A stretch of 64,000 bases of DNA from Opitutales bacterium (GTDB taxonomy: Bacteria > Verrucomicrobiota > Verrucomicrobiia > Opitutales > JABSRG01). The stretch covers positions 1 through 64,000 of the forward strand of contig JBMYOQ010000003.1 of the NCBI GenBank assembly GCA_049599475.1, read 5' to 3'. This document shows positions 1 through 9,329 of this stretch, one piece after another. The notes below the pieces were generated by a model. The model saw only the letters and a list, made by a program, of their open reading frames with translations. It was not told where the DNA came from and did no database searches. The first letter of the stretch is position 1. Every line of letters starts with the position of its first letter. A program made the translations under genes and the position numbers.

Positions 1-69
1 GCGGGCATAAACGCGTCAGCCCATTCGGCTAAAGCCGAGTCATGCCGGTTGCGGTGAACCGGCTCTACC
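1..69. repeat. GTAG-type REPIN-like palindromic element (5' part cut by window edge)
   Basis: gcgggcataaacgcgtcagcc...gccgagtcatgccgg...ggctctacc aligns with 18943-19010. Confidence 0.8.
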
Positions 70-134
70 TAACACACTGGATGTCCGATGCAGGCTACGC
101 CTCTTCAGCACAATCAATGCAGCCCCCTACCCGT

Positions 135-3100
135 CTACTCATATTCTACACGCGCGCGGTAATACCTGGCGGTGTTCGTCTGCTGTTCCGAGACGGTCAC
201 TCCTGTCGCATTCGGTATCACCGATACTTTGTCAATATCGACATATACCGGTGTCGCGTCGTCTGTTGAATCTTTTTCCCAACTGCCACCAGCGAGCTTA
301 TGCGTGACACGATACCATGTCATCAGATCCAACGAAACCTCCACTGAATAATCCACATCATCAGCCTCTGTCTTGGGTATGGTGAACTCAAAAGCATCAC
401 CGGAGGAGACAAGTGTGGGCAAAGAGAGGCGCTCGCTGGAGAAACTCCCTGCGTCGAGGCTATAGAACAACAGGTCGTGCATCTGTTCGGCAGAACTACG
501 CTGCTTATTTGGATCCGTCCCTAATTCATTGACTTCTCTTCCATCGGAGAGACCGTCATCATCAGTATCAGGATCATCGACCAATGTACCATAAAGGAGC
601 TCGTCTGCATCACTCAGTCCGTCTCCGTCTGAATCCACAAATACGGCCCCCACATTGACGTTCACTCGAATCGCACTAATGACCGGAACATCGCCATCGG
701 TCGGCGTGAGCGTAATCAGGTAAGAATCACTTCCTGTGAGCCCCGACCAGGTCATATGTACACCGCCTTGCCAACCATCTTGTCGCGTTCGGTAGTTGTC
801 TCCATTTTCTGGCGACGTTCCGTCTCCGAATTCACCGTTTATTTGGAAATCGATATCACGCCGGTTGTTCTCGACGGCAAGTATTTGAAATTCCACCACA
901 TCTGACGGAGAAAATCCGGAAATGCGAAAATCCCCGCCTCCCCCACAATCAAAATAGTCCTGGGCCGCATCCCCCCATACTGTTGAGGCAAAATCAAAGC
1001 TAGTCGCCTCATCAGCGTTTCCGCCAGAAAAGCTGTCGGACCAAGAACCAATGTATAGCGGGCTTGCCTCGGCATCAGCCTTGTCCAAAGACGTATCACC
1101 TGAGGGCGAATCTATGACATTCCAAAAGCCACCTGTCGTCGGGTCGGCACTACGATTTTCTAAATCGATCTGGACTGTGTAGGCCCCAGAGCTCGGCGGT
1201 GGACCACTCACAGGCTCGATCGATAGCTGAAGTGCATCGTGCTCAGTAAAGCCCTCAGCATCGCCACCCAGCTGTATCGTAAACTCCCCCCCAGATATTG
1301 TATATTGGTCCTGAGCGAGTGTATAGGCTACCGGCCCGGCGGAGGCATCTAGAGTCGAGTTTGGCAACCGTGTCGCCGTGACGCTTACTGTATGGCCATC
1401 TTTTAACCAAGGAAGCACACCATCGCTTGTTTTGATCTTCAATGAATGAGTTGTCGCAGAAGCGCCGTTATAATCTATTTGCGATAGGAGAACCGTCAGT
1501 CGATCACCAGCAGTATTCGTCCCGGCGAGACCAGAGAGGATCTTTGCGTCCTCCACCACATTGAAGAGCGTCCCTTCAATCTCAGTATATTGCGTATGTA
1601 TCCAATAGTTGGATCGCGGCTCGAGATCCCGCGTAAGCATCCCTCCAAGCATATTAAGCCAGCCATTAAAAGTATTTTCCGCGTCATCCTCACGCCATAC
1701 CGCGCGACACGAGGTAGTAACATAAGCTTTTTCCAGTTCCGCAATATACCAGAGATACATTGCAGAATTACTATCGCGGCCATCAGATACAATTTCGTTC
1801 ATATCAAAGGCATGCACATCAATATTGTTGGCCACCAAGAACGATCGCATATCATCCATATGTTCCACGACGTCCGCTGGATTCGAATTATAATTGTCCA
1901 TCAGTTCGTGCCAAGCCACACTATCGGGAAGTGCTCCATTGTCCCGCGTATATAGCAGGAAGTTTTTGATAAATTGCCCATTCGGCCAGTCATAACGATA
2001 TGCACTCGGGCCTACAAAACGCGCATCGGGATCGTGTGCTTTGATGCGGTGATAGGTATGCACATGCGTTTCGTAGTAGCGCTCCCAATTCGCATCACGC
2101 GCGACCTTATCAGGGTCGTTGGAAGTATCGAAGGGAGCGAACCACGCGGAATTCCCGGGCTCCTCCCAGATATCCCACTCGACTTCCAGACCAGCATCCT
2201 CCACACGCTGCAGGCAATCATCCACGACTTCGTCCCAAATGAAGGTCATATCAATATGCGGCACCCCTTCGATCGTGATTCTATATTCATTCGATAAATT
2301 AGCCGGCAATAGAGCAGCCACCTCAGTTTCAGGAACAATATCACCGGGCCAGACTTCGATGTGTTGGTATCCGAATCCTGCTACATCGTCATGATCATTC
2401 GGATTCGTATACAGCTGCTCTCCATTCATCTCTAAACGCCCGCGGCTTCGCGGATCGAGATTGTATTCATCAGAGATGACAGCCTGTATCCGCGCCCCCT
2501 TGTCCTGCATACGCTGCATGGAACCAATACCACTCTCCGCAACCCAAGGAGTCAACCGACTCCGGAACACCTGAAACTTCAAAGGGTCCAAAATAGAATC
2601 ACTGGGTTCGATCCCGGAAAGCCCCCATAGCATCCCACTTGCTCGGTAAATCGAGGGACCATTGGGCTGCGCCAGATCAATGACCGCTTCACCCGCGGAC
2701 AGGCCATAATCGGGCAATTCAGGCGTGACTCGTAATTGCACTCGAGCAGTCGCTGAACCTCCTTGAGCATCGGTCACACGAACGATCCATTCCGATTCAC
2801 CAAGGTCCTGCACCGCTGGCGTCCCTGACAAGATGCCATTTTCCGATACATTCAGCCAGGCCGGCCCCGAGACTCTTTCAAAAGTCAATGCAGTGCCTTC
2901 CGGATCTTCTGCTTTCCAGTTGATAGACTCATAATAAAGTGCACCCACATTAACATTGCGCATTACGATAGGGTCTTCCGAAAAAACAGGGTTGAGATGC
3001 GATTGCTGTTCGAAGAATTCAATATCATCTACGTAGACTGCGGCCTCCGCCCACATAGCGGCAAATGCTTCAGTATCGATGCCGATGCTCGCCTGGCCAT

Positions 3101-6100
3101 CATCGATCTGAATATCCCGTATAAAGATAGTCTGCATGTCCTGAGCAGATGGAATGACCACCGAGTATTCCTCATTATTATCTCCAAAAACGGTCAGATG
3201 AGCCCGTTTATAAAGGGCACCTTCTTTCCGCACTTTCGCTTTCAAGGCATATGTGCCTCTCGAAAGTCCCGTGATTCCTTGATACACCTTTGCTTTGAAA
3301 TCGTCTGTAGAATTATTATACATTTTAACCTGATACGCAGAGTCGAAGGTGCTGCTATTGGTCCGCTCCTTGTGAAGCATCAGCATCTGGTTTCCGGATA
3401 CATCTTCCGTCCAAATCAAATTCACGTGATCAGTCTCACCACTCATAAGCCAATCAGAGGGCACCTGCCCTTGCCCTTCAGTGCTGACCTCAAAATCGCC
3501 GTTCAAAATCAGGTTTGGAGCGTCCCCGCGAACAGGCTCGACAGGTGCATTCACGAGCGAAGCTAAGTAGGCATCAAAATCAGCTAACTGCTCGTCACTC
3601 TCCTGAACCATCCAATCCCGCAGATTCGACCGAAACTCAGCAATTTTCGCCTGATGCGTAGGATCATCGATCAAGTTATTCTGTGAATGCGGATCATTTA
3701 CCAGGTCATAGAATTCTTCCGGGACGCGGTAATACATGAAGTCTCGATAAGCTTTGATTTCAGGCTCTGATGTATTGCGAACAAAATTACCCATACCATT
3801 CTCACCTCCGAGCAGATAGGTCTTAATCTGGTCTGACCAGTGATTGTAAATATAGGAGAATTCTCCATCCTGATAGCAGCGAATGTGTGTCTCATTGATA
3901 GGTGAGCCAACGGGAGGCAAACTGAAGCCTTTGTCTATATCATCCTGAGAGAGCGGTTTACCTGTCGTGGAGCTGTAATGAGCAGTCACCAAGGACTCAC
4001 GCGCGGGGTCGGTGCTCCCGGTTAGAAGATCGAAATAAGAGGCTCCAGCAATGTCTCCTGGGATCTCGCTCTCCAGACCAATGGCTTCGAGCATCGTAGG
4101 TAAAAAGTCGATATTGGAGATAAAATCCTCTGAGTTCACGGTACCTCCCACAATACCCCCCGCAGGCCATCTCACGATAAACGGAGTGCGCGTCGCCGCC
4201 TGATAGTTTTGCCATTTTCCCCCGGGGAAAGCCATGCCATTGTCGCTCATGAAGACGACGATAGTATTGTCGGCCTCGCCTGTTTCATCCAAGGCATCAA
4301 GAATCCGAGCAACACTATCATCTGCGCGACGACATGAACTATAGTAAGCCGCCAGGTCTTCCTCGTTTTTCAGGCGCGCATTCGCGTTAAATGGCAAGTG
4401 ATCGACCCATGGCATCAGCGTGTCGACATCGTCTGCAGTAAACACAGCGCTAGGGACCGAGAAATTATGCAAAATGTCGCCAAACTTATTCTGCTCGTCT
4501 TGAGTGCCGTGAAGAGGACGATGCGGATCTTCCGAATTCGCCATCAAAAAGAAAGGCTGCTGATTCGTCTGTGCTTCCTGAATAAAGGCTAAGGTGCGAT
4601 TATAGAATTCCTCTACACTACGGCCCTGGTGCATCTCATTCGTTCCACCGACTACGTCCCAGGCATATTTATGTTCAGGAGCAAGGTGATGTTCCTTACA
4701 AAAGATTCCGTTATAGTATCCGTTATTGCTGAGAATCTCGCCGAAGGTTGTCACTGATTCATCGATAGGCGTAAACCCGAGGGCACCTATTTGATGCGGG
4801 TGCTTTCCGGTCATCAAAATTTGGCGCGAAGGCTGGCAAACAGCAACATTTACATGCGCTCGTTCGAAAGTGATACCCTCGCTCTTCAGTGCCTGTATTC
4901 GCGGTGTAACCGCTTTTCCTCCGATCACGGCACCCACCGTGTCCTCGTTCATATCATCAACCATGATGAGGAGAATATTGGGAGCAGATTCGGGCTGTGC
5001 CACCGGCGTATCGACAACCTTAACTTCGTAGGCAATTAGATCGAATGGAGTTTCATTCACCGTGACCGAATGAGCCTGATTGGCCTTATTAATCAACAGT
5101 GTCTTTTCTGCAGAAGCCAAGACCTCTATATCGGAGGCCGAGCATGTTGTCGTATAAAGTTGGGTACCTGGCCCGAAATGATTATTGAAGGCAGCGATCA
5201 CATCATAGTGTGGACGGGCGGTGCCTCCAGTGCCCTCAGCATTTCCCAAATCGTGAAACATGCCTACGTGGGAAAATGCGTCCCATTTAAGCGATAGCTG
5301 AGTGCCTTGAATCAGGGCATGGTAATAGGCTGAGGCGTGATTTGCGACGAGGAAAGCTTCATTGCTAGAATTCTCGGGTTGAGCTGCGTAAAACTCTGAA
5401 ATCCAGATCGGTTTGTTCGTTTTGGTGCGAATGGTCGCAGTAATATTTCCAAAGCAGGCAGTATTCGCCATAAGCTGAGCTTCATTCAGTGTAGAGTCAC
5501 TCGCGGGGTAACCAGTCAGCCAGCCATCATAGTTCACAATATCCGCACCGTTCGTGTTGGCTAGGAAGTGGTCAAAAGCATCGTGAGTCTCTTGCAGCAT
5601 AGTTCCGTTTTGCTTCAGATCATCCGAAAGCCCGTTCATGTATGGTCCCGCAATAATCGCATTGGGGCGCTCTGCACGTAGGGCATCGTAGACTGTATTA
5701 TAAAATACAGTGAATTCTTCAATGCCGCCCATCCACCAGCCTTTGAGTTCATTCCAGATTTGAAAATATTGGATATCTGGATACCGACGCGCCGCCTCGA
5801 CACACAAGGTCGCGAAGTCTTCGTAGTGCTCGGGCAAAACAGGATCATTCATGGTCCAGTCATCCCCAGAGGGTTTCATCCATCCCGGAGCCGTGCAGAG
5901 AGTTAAGATCAACTCGGCATTCATACCTCGCATTTCTTCAATACGCATATCGAGGCTTTTCCAATCGTAGACACCTGGAGATGGATTAGGATTCCCAGCA
6001 CCCCAGCCCATTATATGAATATTTTGAAACCGCACACCTCCATCGACAAGGAGCTGCTTCATCGAAGCTTTGCCTGTCTCGTCATTGGACCAGATCCAAT

Positions 6101-6281
6101 CCTGACCCGTATGCGTGAGTCCAATTTCCATCGGGCTCACCATAAACGGCCTAGAGGTATCTACTGTAACAGTCGCGGTCTGAGCATTAAGTGAATAGAA
6201 GCCAATAGTGAGAGCTGCCAGAAGTATCCAGCAGGAGCGCTTGATGCACAAGCGAGCGAGAGGGACTCGATGCGTATTCAT
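135..6281 (-). CDS. Secreted 2048-aa multimodular enzyme: GH39-like domain + Cys-type sulfatase + CBM4-like + putative Ig (He_PIG) + second GH39-like domain + DxDxDG repeats + C-terminal verrucomicrobial-type domain
   Basis: Signal peptide. Clan-A motifs QIWNELKG and WISEFY. Sulfatase PNILLIMVDD, CQPSR, SDNG. NLILNGDFE...VYVDDIEF. DPEGTALTF..GPAWL..GILSGTP. WDIWEEPG and DMNEIV. DSDGDGLSD repeats. YSVEVSLDLMTW...YYRARV. Confidence 0.85.
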   Translation of the reverse strand: MNTHRVPLARLCIKRSCWILLAALTIGFYSLNAQTATVTVDTSRPFMVSPMEIGLTHTGQDWIWSNDETGKASMKQLLVDGGVRFQNIHIMGWGAGNPNPSPGVYDWKSLDMRIEEMRGMNAELILTLCTAPGWMKPSGDDWTMNDPVLPEHYEDFATLCVEAARRYPDIQYFQIWNELKGWWMGGIEEFTVFYNTVYDALRAERPNAIIAGPYMNGLSDDLKQNGTMLQETHDAFDHFLANTNGADIVNYDGWLTGYPASDSTLNEAQLMANTACFGNITATIRTKTNKPIWISEFYAAQPENSSNEAFLVANHASAYYHALIQGTQLSLKWDAFSHVGMFHDLGNAEGTGGTARPHYDVIAAFNNHFGPGTQLYTTTCSASDIEVLASAEKTLLINKANQAHSVTVNETPFDLIAYEVKVVDTPVAQPESAPNILLIMVDDMNEDTVGAVIGGKAVTPRIQALKSEGITFERAHVNVAVCQPSRQILMTGKHPHQIGALGFTPIDESVTTFGEILSNNGYYNGIFCKEHHLAPEHKYAWDVVGGTNEMHQGRSVEEFYNRTLAFIQEAQTNQQPFFLMANSEDPHRPLHGTQDEQNKFGDILHNFSVPSAVFTADDVDTLMPWVDHLPFNANARLKNEEDLAAYYSSCRRADDSVARILDALDETGEADNTIVVFMSDNGMAFPGGKWQNYQAATRTPFIVRWPAGGIVGGTVNSEDFISNIDFLPTMLEAIGLESEIPGDIAGASYFDLLTGSTDPARESLVTAHYSSTTGKPLSQDDIDKGFSLPPVGSPINETHIRCYQDGEFSYIYNHWSDQIKTYLLGGENGMGNFVRNTSEPEIKAYRDFMYYRVPEEFYDLVNDPHSQNNLIDDPTHQAKIAEFRSNLRDWMVQESDEQLADFDAYLASLVNAPVEPVRGDAPNLILNGDFEVSTEGQGQVPSDWLMSGETDHVNLIWTEDVSGNQMLMLHKERTNSSTFDSAYQVKMYNNSTDDFKAKVYQGITGLSRGTYALKAKVRKEGALYKRAHLTVFGDNNEEYSVVIPSAQDMQTIFIRDIQIDDGQASIGIDTEAFAAMWAEAAVYVDDIEFFEQQSHLNPVFSEDPIVMRNVNVGALYYESINWKAEDPEGTALTFERVSGPAWLNVSENGILSGTPAVQDLGESEWIVRVTDAQGGSATARVQLRVTPELPDYGLSAGEAVIDLAQPNGPSIYRASGMLWGLSGIEPSDSILDPLKFQVFRSRLTPWVAESGIGSMQRMQDKGARIQAVISDEYNLDPRSRGRLEMNGEQLYTNPNDHDDVAGFGYQHIEVWPGDIVPETEVAALLPANLSNEYRITIEGVPHIDMTFIWDEVVDDCLQRVEDAGLEVEWDIWEEPGNSAWFAPFDTSNDPDKVARDANWERYYETHVHTYHRIKAHDPDARFVGPSAYRYDWPNGQFIKNFLLYTRDNGALPDSVAWHELMDNYNSNPADVVEHMDDMRSFLVANNIDVHAFDMNEIVSDGRDSNSAMYLWYIAELEKAYVTTSCRAVWREDDAENTFNGWLNMLGGMLTRDLEPRSNYWIHTQYTEIEGTLFNVVEDAKILSGLAGTNTAGDRLTVLLSQIDYNGASATTHSLKIKTSDGVLPWLKDGHTVSVTATRLPNSTLDASAGPVAYTLAQDQYTISGGEFTIQLGGDAEGFTEHDALQLSIEPVSGPPPSSGAYTVQIDLENRSADPTTGGFWNVIDSPSGDTSLDKADAEASPLYIGSWSDSFSGGNADEATSFDFASTVWGDAAQDYFDCGGGGDFRISGFSPSDVVEFQILAVENNRRDIDFQINGEFGDGTSPENGDNYRTRQDGWQGGVHMTWSGLTGSDSYLITLTPTDGDVPVISAIRVNVNVGAVFVDSDGDGLSDADELLYGTLVDDPDTDDDGLSDGREVNELGTDPNKQRSSAEQMHDLLFYSLDAGSFSSERLSLPTLVSSGDAFEFTIPKTEADDVDYSVEVSLDLMTWYRVTHKLAGGSWEKDSTDDATPVYVDIDKVSVIPNATGVTVSEQQTNTARYYRARVEYE

Positions 6282-6312
6282 GAGGGGATATGTGAGGGTT
6301 GTGAGGGGGCAG

Positions 6313-6338
6313 AAGAGCCCGCAAAAGTGCGGACTTTT
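6313..6338. terminator. Possible intrinsic terminator hairpin
   Basis: aagagcccgca-aaag-tgcggactttt, downstream of the minus-strand GH2-GH92-GH28-hydrolase operon. Confidence 0.4.
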
Positions 6339-6369
6339 CTAGTGGGGTAAAAGGATGGCTGAATCAAAA

Positions 6370-6490
6370 GGTAGCGCCGGATCACTGAGCCGGCATGGGC
6401 GCAGCAGCCTTAGCAACCTAAGAGGCTAAAGCCGAGTCATGCTCGTTCGCAGCTTGGTTCAGGCGGTCGCCGGGGACGGCGTCCCTCCAG
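6370..6490. repeat. Composite REP/REPIN-like element (GTAG-type arm plus GGAG-type arm)
   Basis: ggtagcgccggatcactgagccggcatg matches the reverse complement of the 19010 end. It ends in cgccggggacggcgtccctccag. Confidence 0.75.
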
Positions 6491-6533
6491 AAAGTGAGAC
6501 ACCCGAACCGTCTGAATATAGGAAGAGAGAATT

Positions 6534-7766
6534 TTACATAAACGCCGGCGCTATAATATCCGCAAAGATGTCGAACGGCGCTTTCCGACCAGCTTTACGA
6601 TTGTTTGAGGTAAACACCGCAACCAAATCGAGGTCGGGTCGAATGAAAATGAATTGGCCTTTGGCACCACGGCCTGAAATCACGTAGGGGTCTTTCGCGT
6701 ATTCTTCGACGCCAGTCGACCACCATAGGTATCCGTAGCCGCCCATGTGTTTTGAATAGTGATACACTCCGGTCATTGCTTTAACATAATCTTCAGAAAG
6801 AATTCGCTGGCCGTTGAAGGTGCCACCCTGAGCGACCATTAGGCCAATCTTCATCATATCTCGAGAACGCAAGTCGAGGCCCGCGCCAACGCTGTGTACC
6901 TTGGACCCGCCACGCTTTTGCCATTTGTATTTCTCGATTCCTAGATCTTTAAAAAGCGTTTCGTCGGCGTAGTCTGTGAGACTTTTCCCTGTCACCGCAC
7001 AAATCAACATGCCGAGCATTTGCGTATTGACATTTCCATACTGAAATCGAGTGCCCACGCCATCGCCAGACGCGTGCAGTAACAGTGAAGACACTTCTGC
7101 TTGGAGCCCTTTGCCCGAAATCTTTGGTTTCTCCGCGCGACCGTCTTTGACCAATCCACTCCGCGAACTCAGCACATCATGCACCTTGATCGTCGCGACA
7201 GCGGGATCGACATCTTCCGCTCGGATCCATGGAAAGTATTTAATCAATGGATCGTTGAGATCTTCGATTAAGCCCGCATCAAAGGCGTAACCTGCAAGAC
7301 ACGCGGTCACACTCTTCGTAATTGACATCAGGGTATGCGGCTCATCGATATGCCCTCCATGGTAGTAGTCTTCAAACAAAAGCTTCCCGCCATGAGCGAT
7401 GAGAATACTATCAATTTTCTTCCACTCGCCTGCCGCAGTGCGTCTGGCCATATCCATGAGCTTCACAAAATCTGCAGAGCTTGATTCCAAGGACGCAATT
7501 TGCAGGCCATCACCGAGATCCGCCGGCATTGCATATACGGAATGATCGCGCTCTGGGGCTCTTACCTTCGAGTCCCCTTGATCCGCCGCTGCGGCTTCAT
7601 CGTTGAAAGCGGTGCCGTCAGTTTGGGCGTGGGTGAGAGTTGTGAGTGCCAGACAAGCAACCAAGGGTAACGGTTTTTCTACGAACGGCCGAATCAGGCT
7701 CATTCTCTGTTCCGTAATCGCGTTTCCGATCGCTCGGAGAGCGGAGGCTACCTTATTGCAGTTCAT
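6534..7766 (-). CDS. Beta-lactamase-related (class C/AmpC-fold) serine hydrolase, possible carbohydrate esterase
   Basis: SxxK (SITK), YGN, GLDLRSRDMMKIG, YGYLWW, GRGAKGQ. Start overlaps upstream stop (TAATG). Confidence 0.85.
   Translation of the reverse strand: MNCNKVASALRAIGNAITEQRMSLIRPFVEKPLPLVACLALTTLTHAQTDGTAFNDEAAAADQGDSKVRAPERDHSVYAMPADLGDGLQIASLESSSADFVKLMDMARRTAAGEWKKIDSILIAHGGKLLFEDYYHGGHIDEPHTLMSITKSVTACLAGYAFDAGLIEDLNDPLIKYFPWIRAEDVDPAVATIKVHDVLSSRSGLVKDGRAEKPKISGKGLQAEVSSLLLHASGDGVGTRFQYGNVNTQMLGMLICAVTGKSLTDYADETLFKDLGIEKYKWQKRGGSKVHSVGAGLDLRSRDMMKIGLMVAQGGTFNGQRILSEDYVKAMTGVYHYSKHMGGYGYLWWSTGVEEYAKDPYVISGRGAKGQFIFIRPDLDLVAVFTSNNRKAGRKAPFDIFADIIAPAFM
7666..7752. repeat. Degenerate 87-bp REPIN-like element inside the 5' coding region of the serine hydrolase
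   Basis: Inverted ends ggtaac.../...gctacc. Internal hairpin CGCTC-TCC-GAGCG on the minus strand. Same 87-bp length as the intergenic copies. Confidence 0.6.
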
Positions 7767-9325
7767 TATTTACTTTCAATTTCGAGGGTTTCAGGGGTAT
7801 TGATAATTTGCGCTTGAGAAGCATCGCCGTATGCTACGATCCCTTCAGATGCCTGCCCGACGAACTCCAGCCAGGTCATCGAAGCAGGCCAGTTGATATC
7901 GAGCTGTGCGTTACTTAAACCGTTTGCTTGGATCCAAGACGGCGTAGTTTCAGGTGCACTGATTTCTACATTTTCTAAAATCAATCCGTCCACATTTTCA
8001 AAATACGCCATGTGCGCCTTGCTTTTGCTCACACCTGTAAAACGGACGTCCTTCAAAGTAATATCATTTGCATGACGCGCAAAGAGTCCCCAGGCATTGA
8101 GCGTTCTGAACATGCGGCTCTGCGGATAATCTTGAGTATTCTCGCCGACCTTACGACTCGCCCGAGGACTATTTTTCTTACCTCCTGGTTCAGCAGCAAA
8201 AGTGACATCGATATTTTCAAGACTCACACCTTCGATCGAACGATCCTCGCTGCCAACCAACATAAGCGCCCATTTCGAGCCAGTGGCGTTTACATTACGA
8301 ATAGTGATATTTTTCGCCGAGCCAATCGCTAGTTCCCTGGTATCTCCTGATATTTTACGTAGACGATTCCCGAGGATTACCGAGATGGGACATGAACTAT
8401 CGGTTATAGTTACATCCTCGATTAATACATTTTCGATCTTCGCTCCGTCCGAGCTATAAAGGGCTATGGCATCGCGGCCTCCAATGATTTCCAAATTGCG
8501 CGCCGTGACGTTTATGAAGCCTGAGTAAGACTCGGTGCCGAATTTGAAGGCAGACTTTACGCTATTGAGGCGTGAATTGGTGACCGTAATATTTTCGCTC
8601 GGCGCATGAGACGTGTTTTTGAGGGTAATCGCGTCGTCGTGGGACGTGATATCGCAATTATCGACGAGCACATTGCGGCTACCGTCAATATTGAGACCGT
8701 CGTCATTTTTCATATAATTCTTGATCGTCAGTCCAGTGACTTCGACGCCGTCGCAGAGGAAGAAATGCTGGGTCCACATGGAAGCATTTTGCAGCGTAAG
8801 GTCGCGCACTTCGACGCCTTTACAGCCATCCAGACGGATCAAAGAAACGCGGGCCGACTCCGATGAACGCGCTTTGTAGGCGCTGCTCTTTCCATCGATA
8901 GTCCCCTCGCCTAAGATGGCCACATTCTCTGCATTTTGAGCGTATACCATGGTGCGGCGCTCGGGATAATAAATCAGCACGTCGACCGGGACATAGGGAT
9001 AATCCTCCTTCACCCCCGTATTCATCAGGGTGGCGCCTTCTGCGACCTCGAGGGTAATGTTGCTCTTGAGCGTAATCATGCCCGAGACCACGGTGCCTCC
9101 GTCGAGAATCACGCGCCCTCCACCCGCTGCGGCGGCCTTATCAATCATGGCTTGAATGGCCGCTGCGTTGTTTGTCTGGCCGTCGGCGATGACGCCTTCC
9201 TTGGAAGCAGTGAGGGTGAGGGCCAAGGCAATGGAGGGGGATAATAGCATCGCCCAGCCCACACCCAGGATCCGGCCACTGCGGACAGTCACCCAACCCA
9301 AAATTGTCTGAAACAGTCTAATCAT
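7766..9325 (-). CDS. Glycoside hydrolase family 28 (polygalacturonase-like beta-helix)
   Basis: NAAAIQAMID, SGMITLKSNITL, GEGTIDG, NDDGLNID, HDDAITLK, FKFGTES. Confidence 0.88.
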   Translation of the reverse strand: MIRLFQTILGWVTVRSGRILGVGWAMLLSPSIALALTLTASKEGVIADGQTNNAAAIQAMIDKAAAAGGGRVILDGGTVVSGMITLKSNITLEVAEGATLMNTGVKEDYPYVPVDVLIYYPERRTMVYAQNAENVAILGEGTIDGKSSAYKARSSESARVSLIRLDGCKGVEVRDLTLQNASMWTQHFFLCDGVEVTGLTIKNYMKNDDGLNIDGSRNVLVDNCDITSHDDAITLKNTSHAPSENITVTNSRLNSVKSAFKFGTESYSGFINVTARNLEIIGGRDAIALYSSDGAKIENVLIEDVTITDSSCPISVILGNRLRKISGDTRELAIGSAKNITIRNVNATGSKWALMLVGSEDRSIEGVSLENIDVTFAAEPGGKKNSPRASRKVGENTQDYPQSRMFRTLNAWGLFARHANDITLKDVRFTGVSKSKAHMAYFENVDGLILENVEISAPETTPSWIQANGLSNAQLDINWPASMTWLEFVGQASEGIVAYGDASQAQIINTPETLEIESK

Positions 9326-9329
9326 CGGT

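Noticed and set aside
6534..7766. Antibiotic-resistance beta-lactamase
   Set aside because: It lacks the KTG motif (has GRG) and sits in a CAZyme operon.
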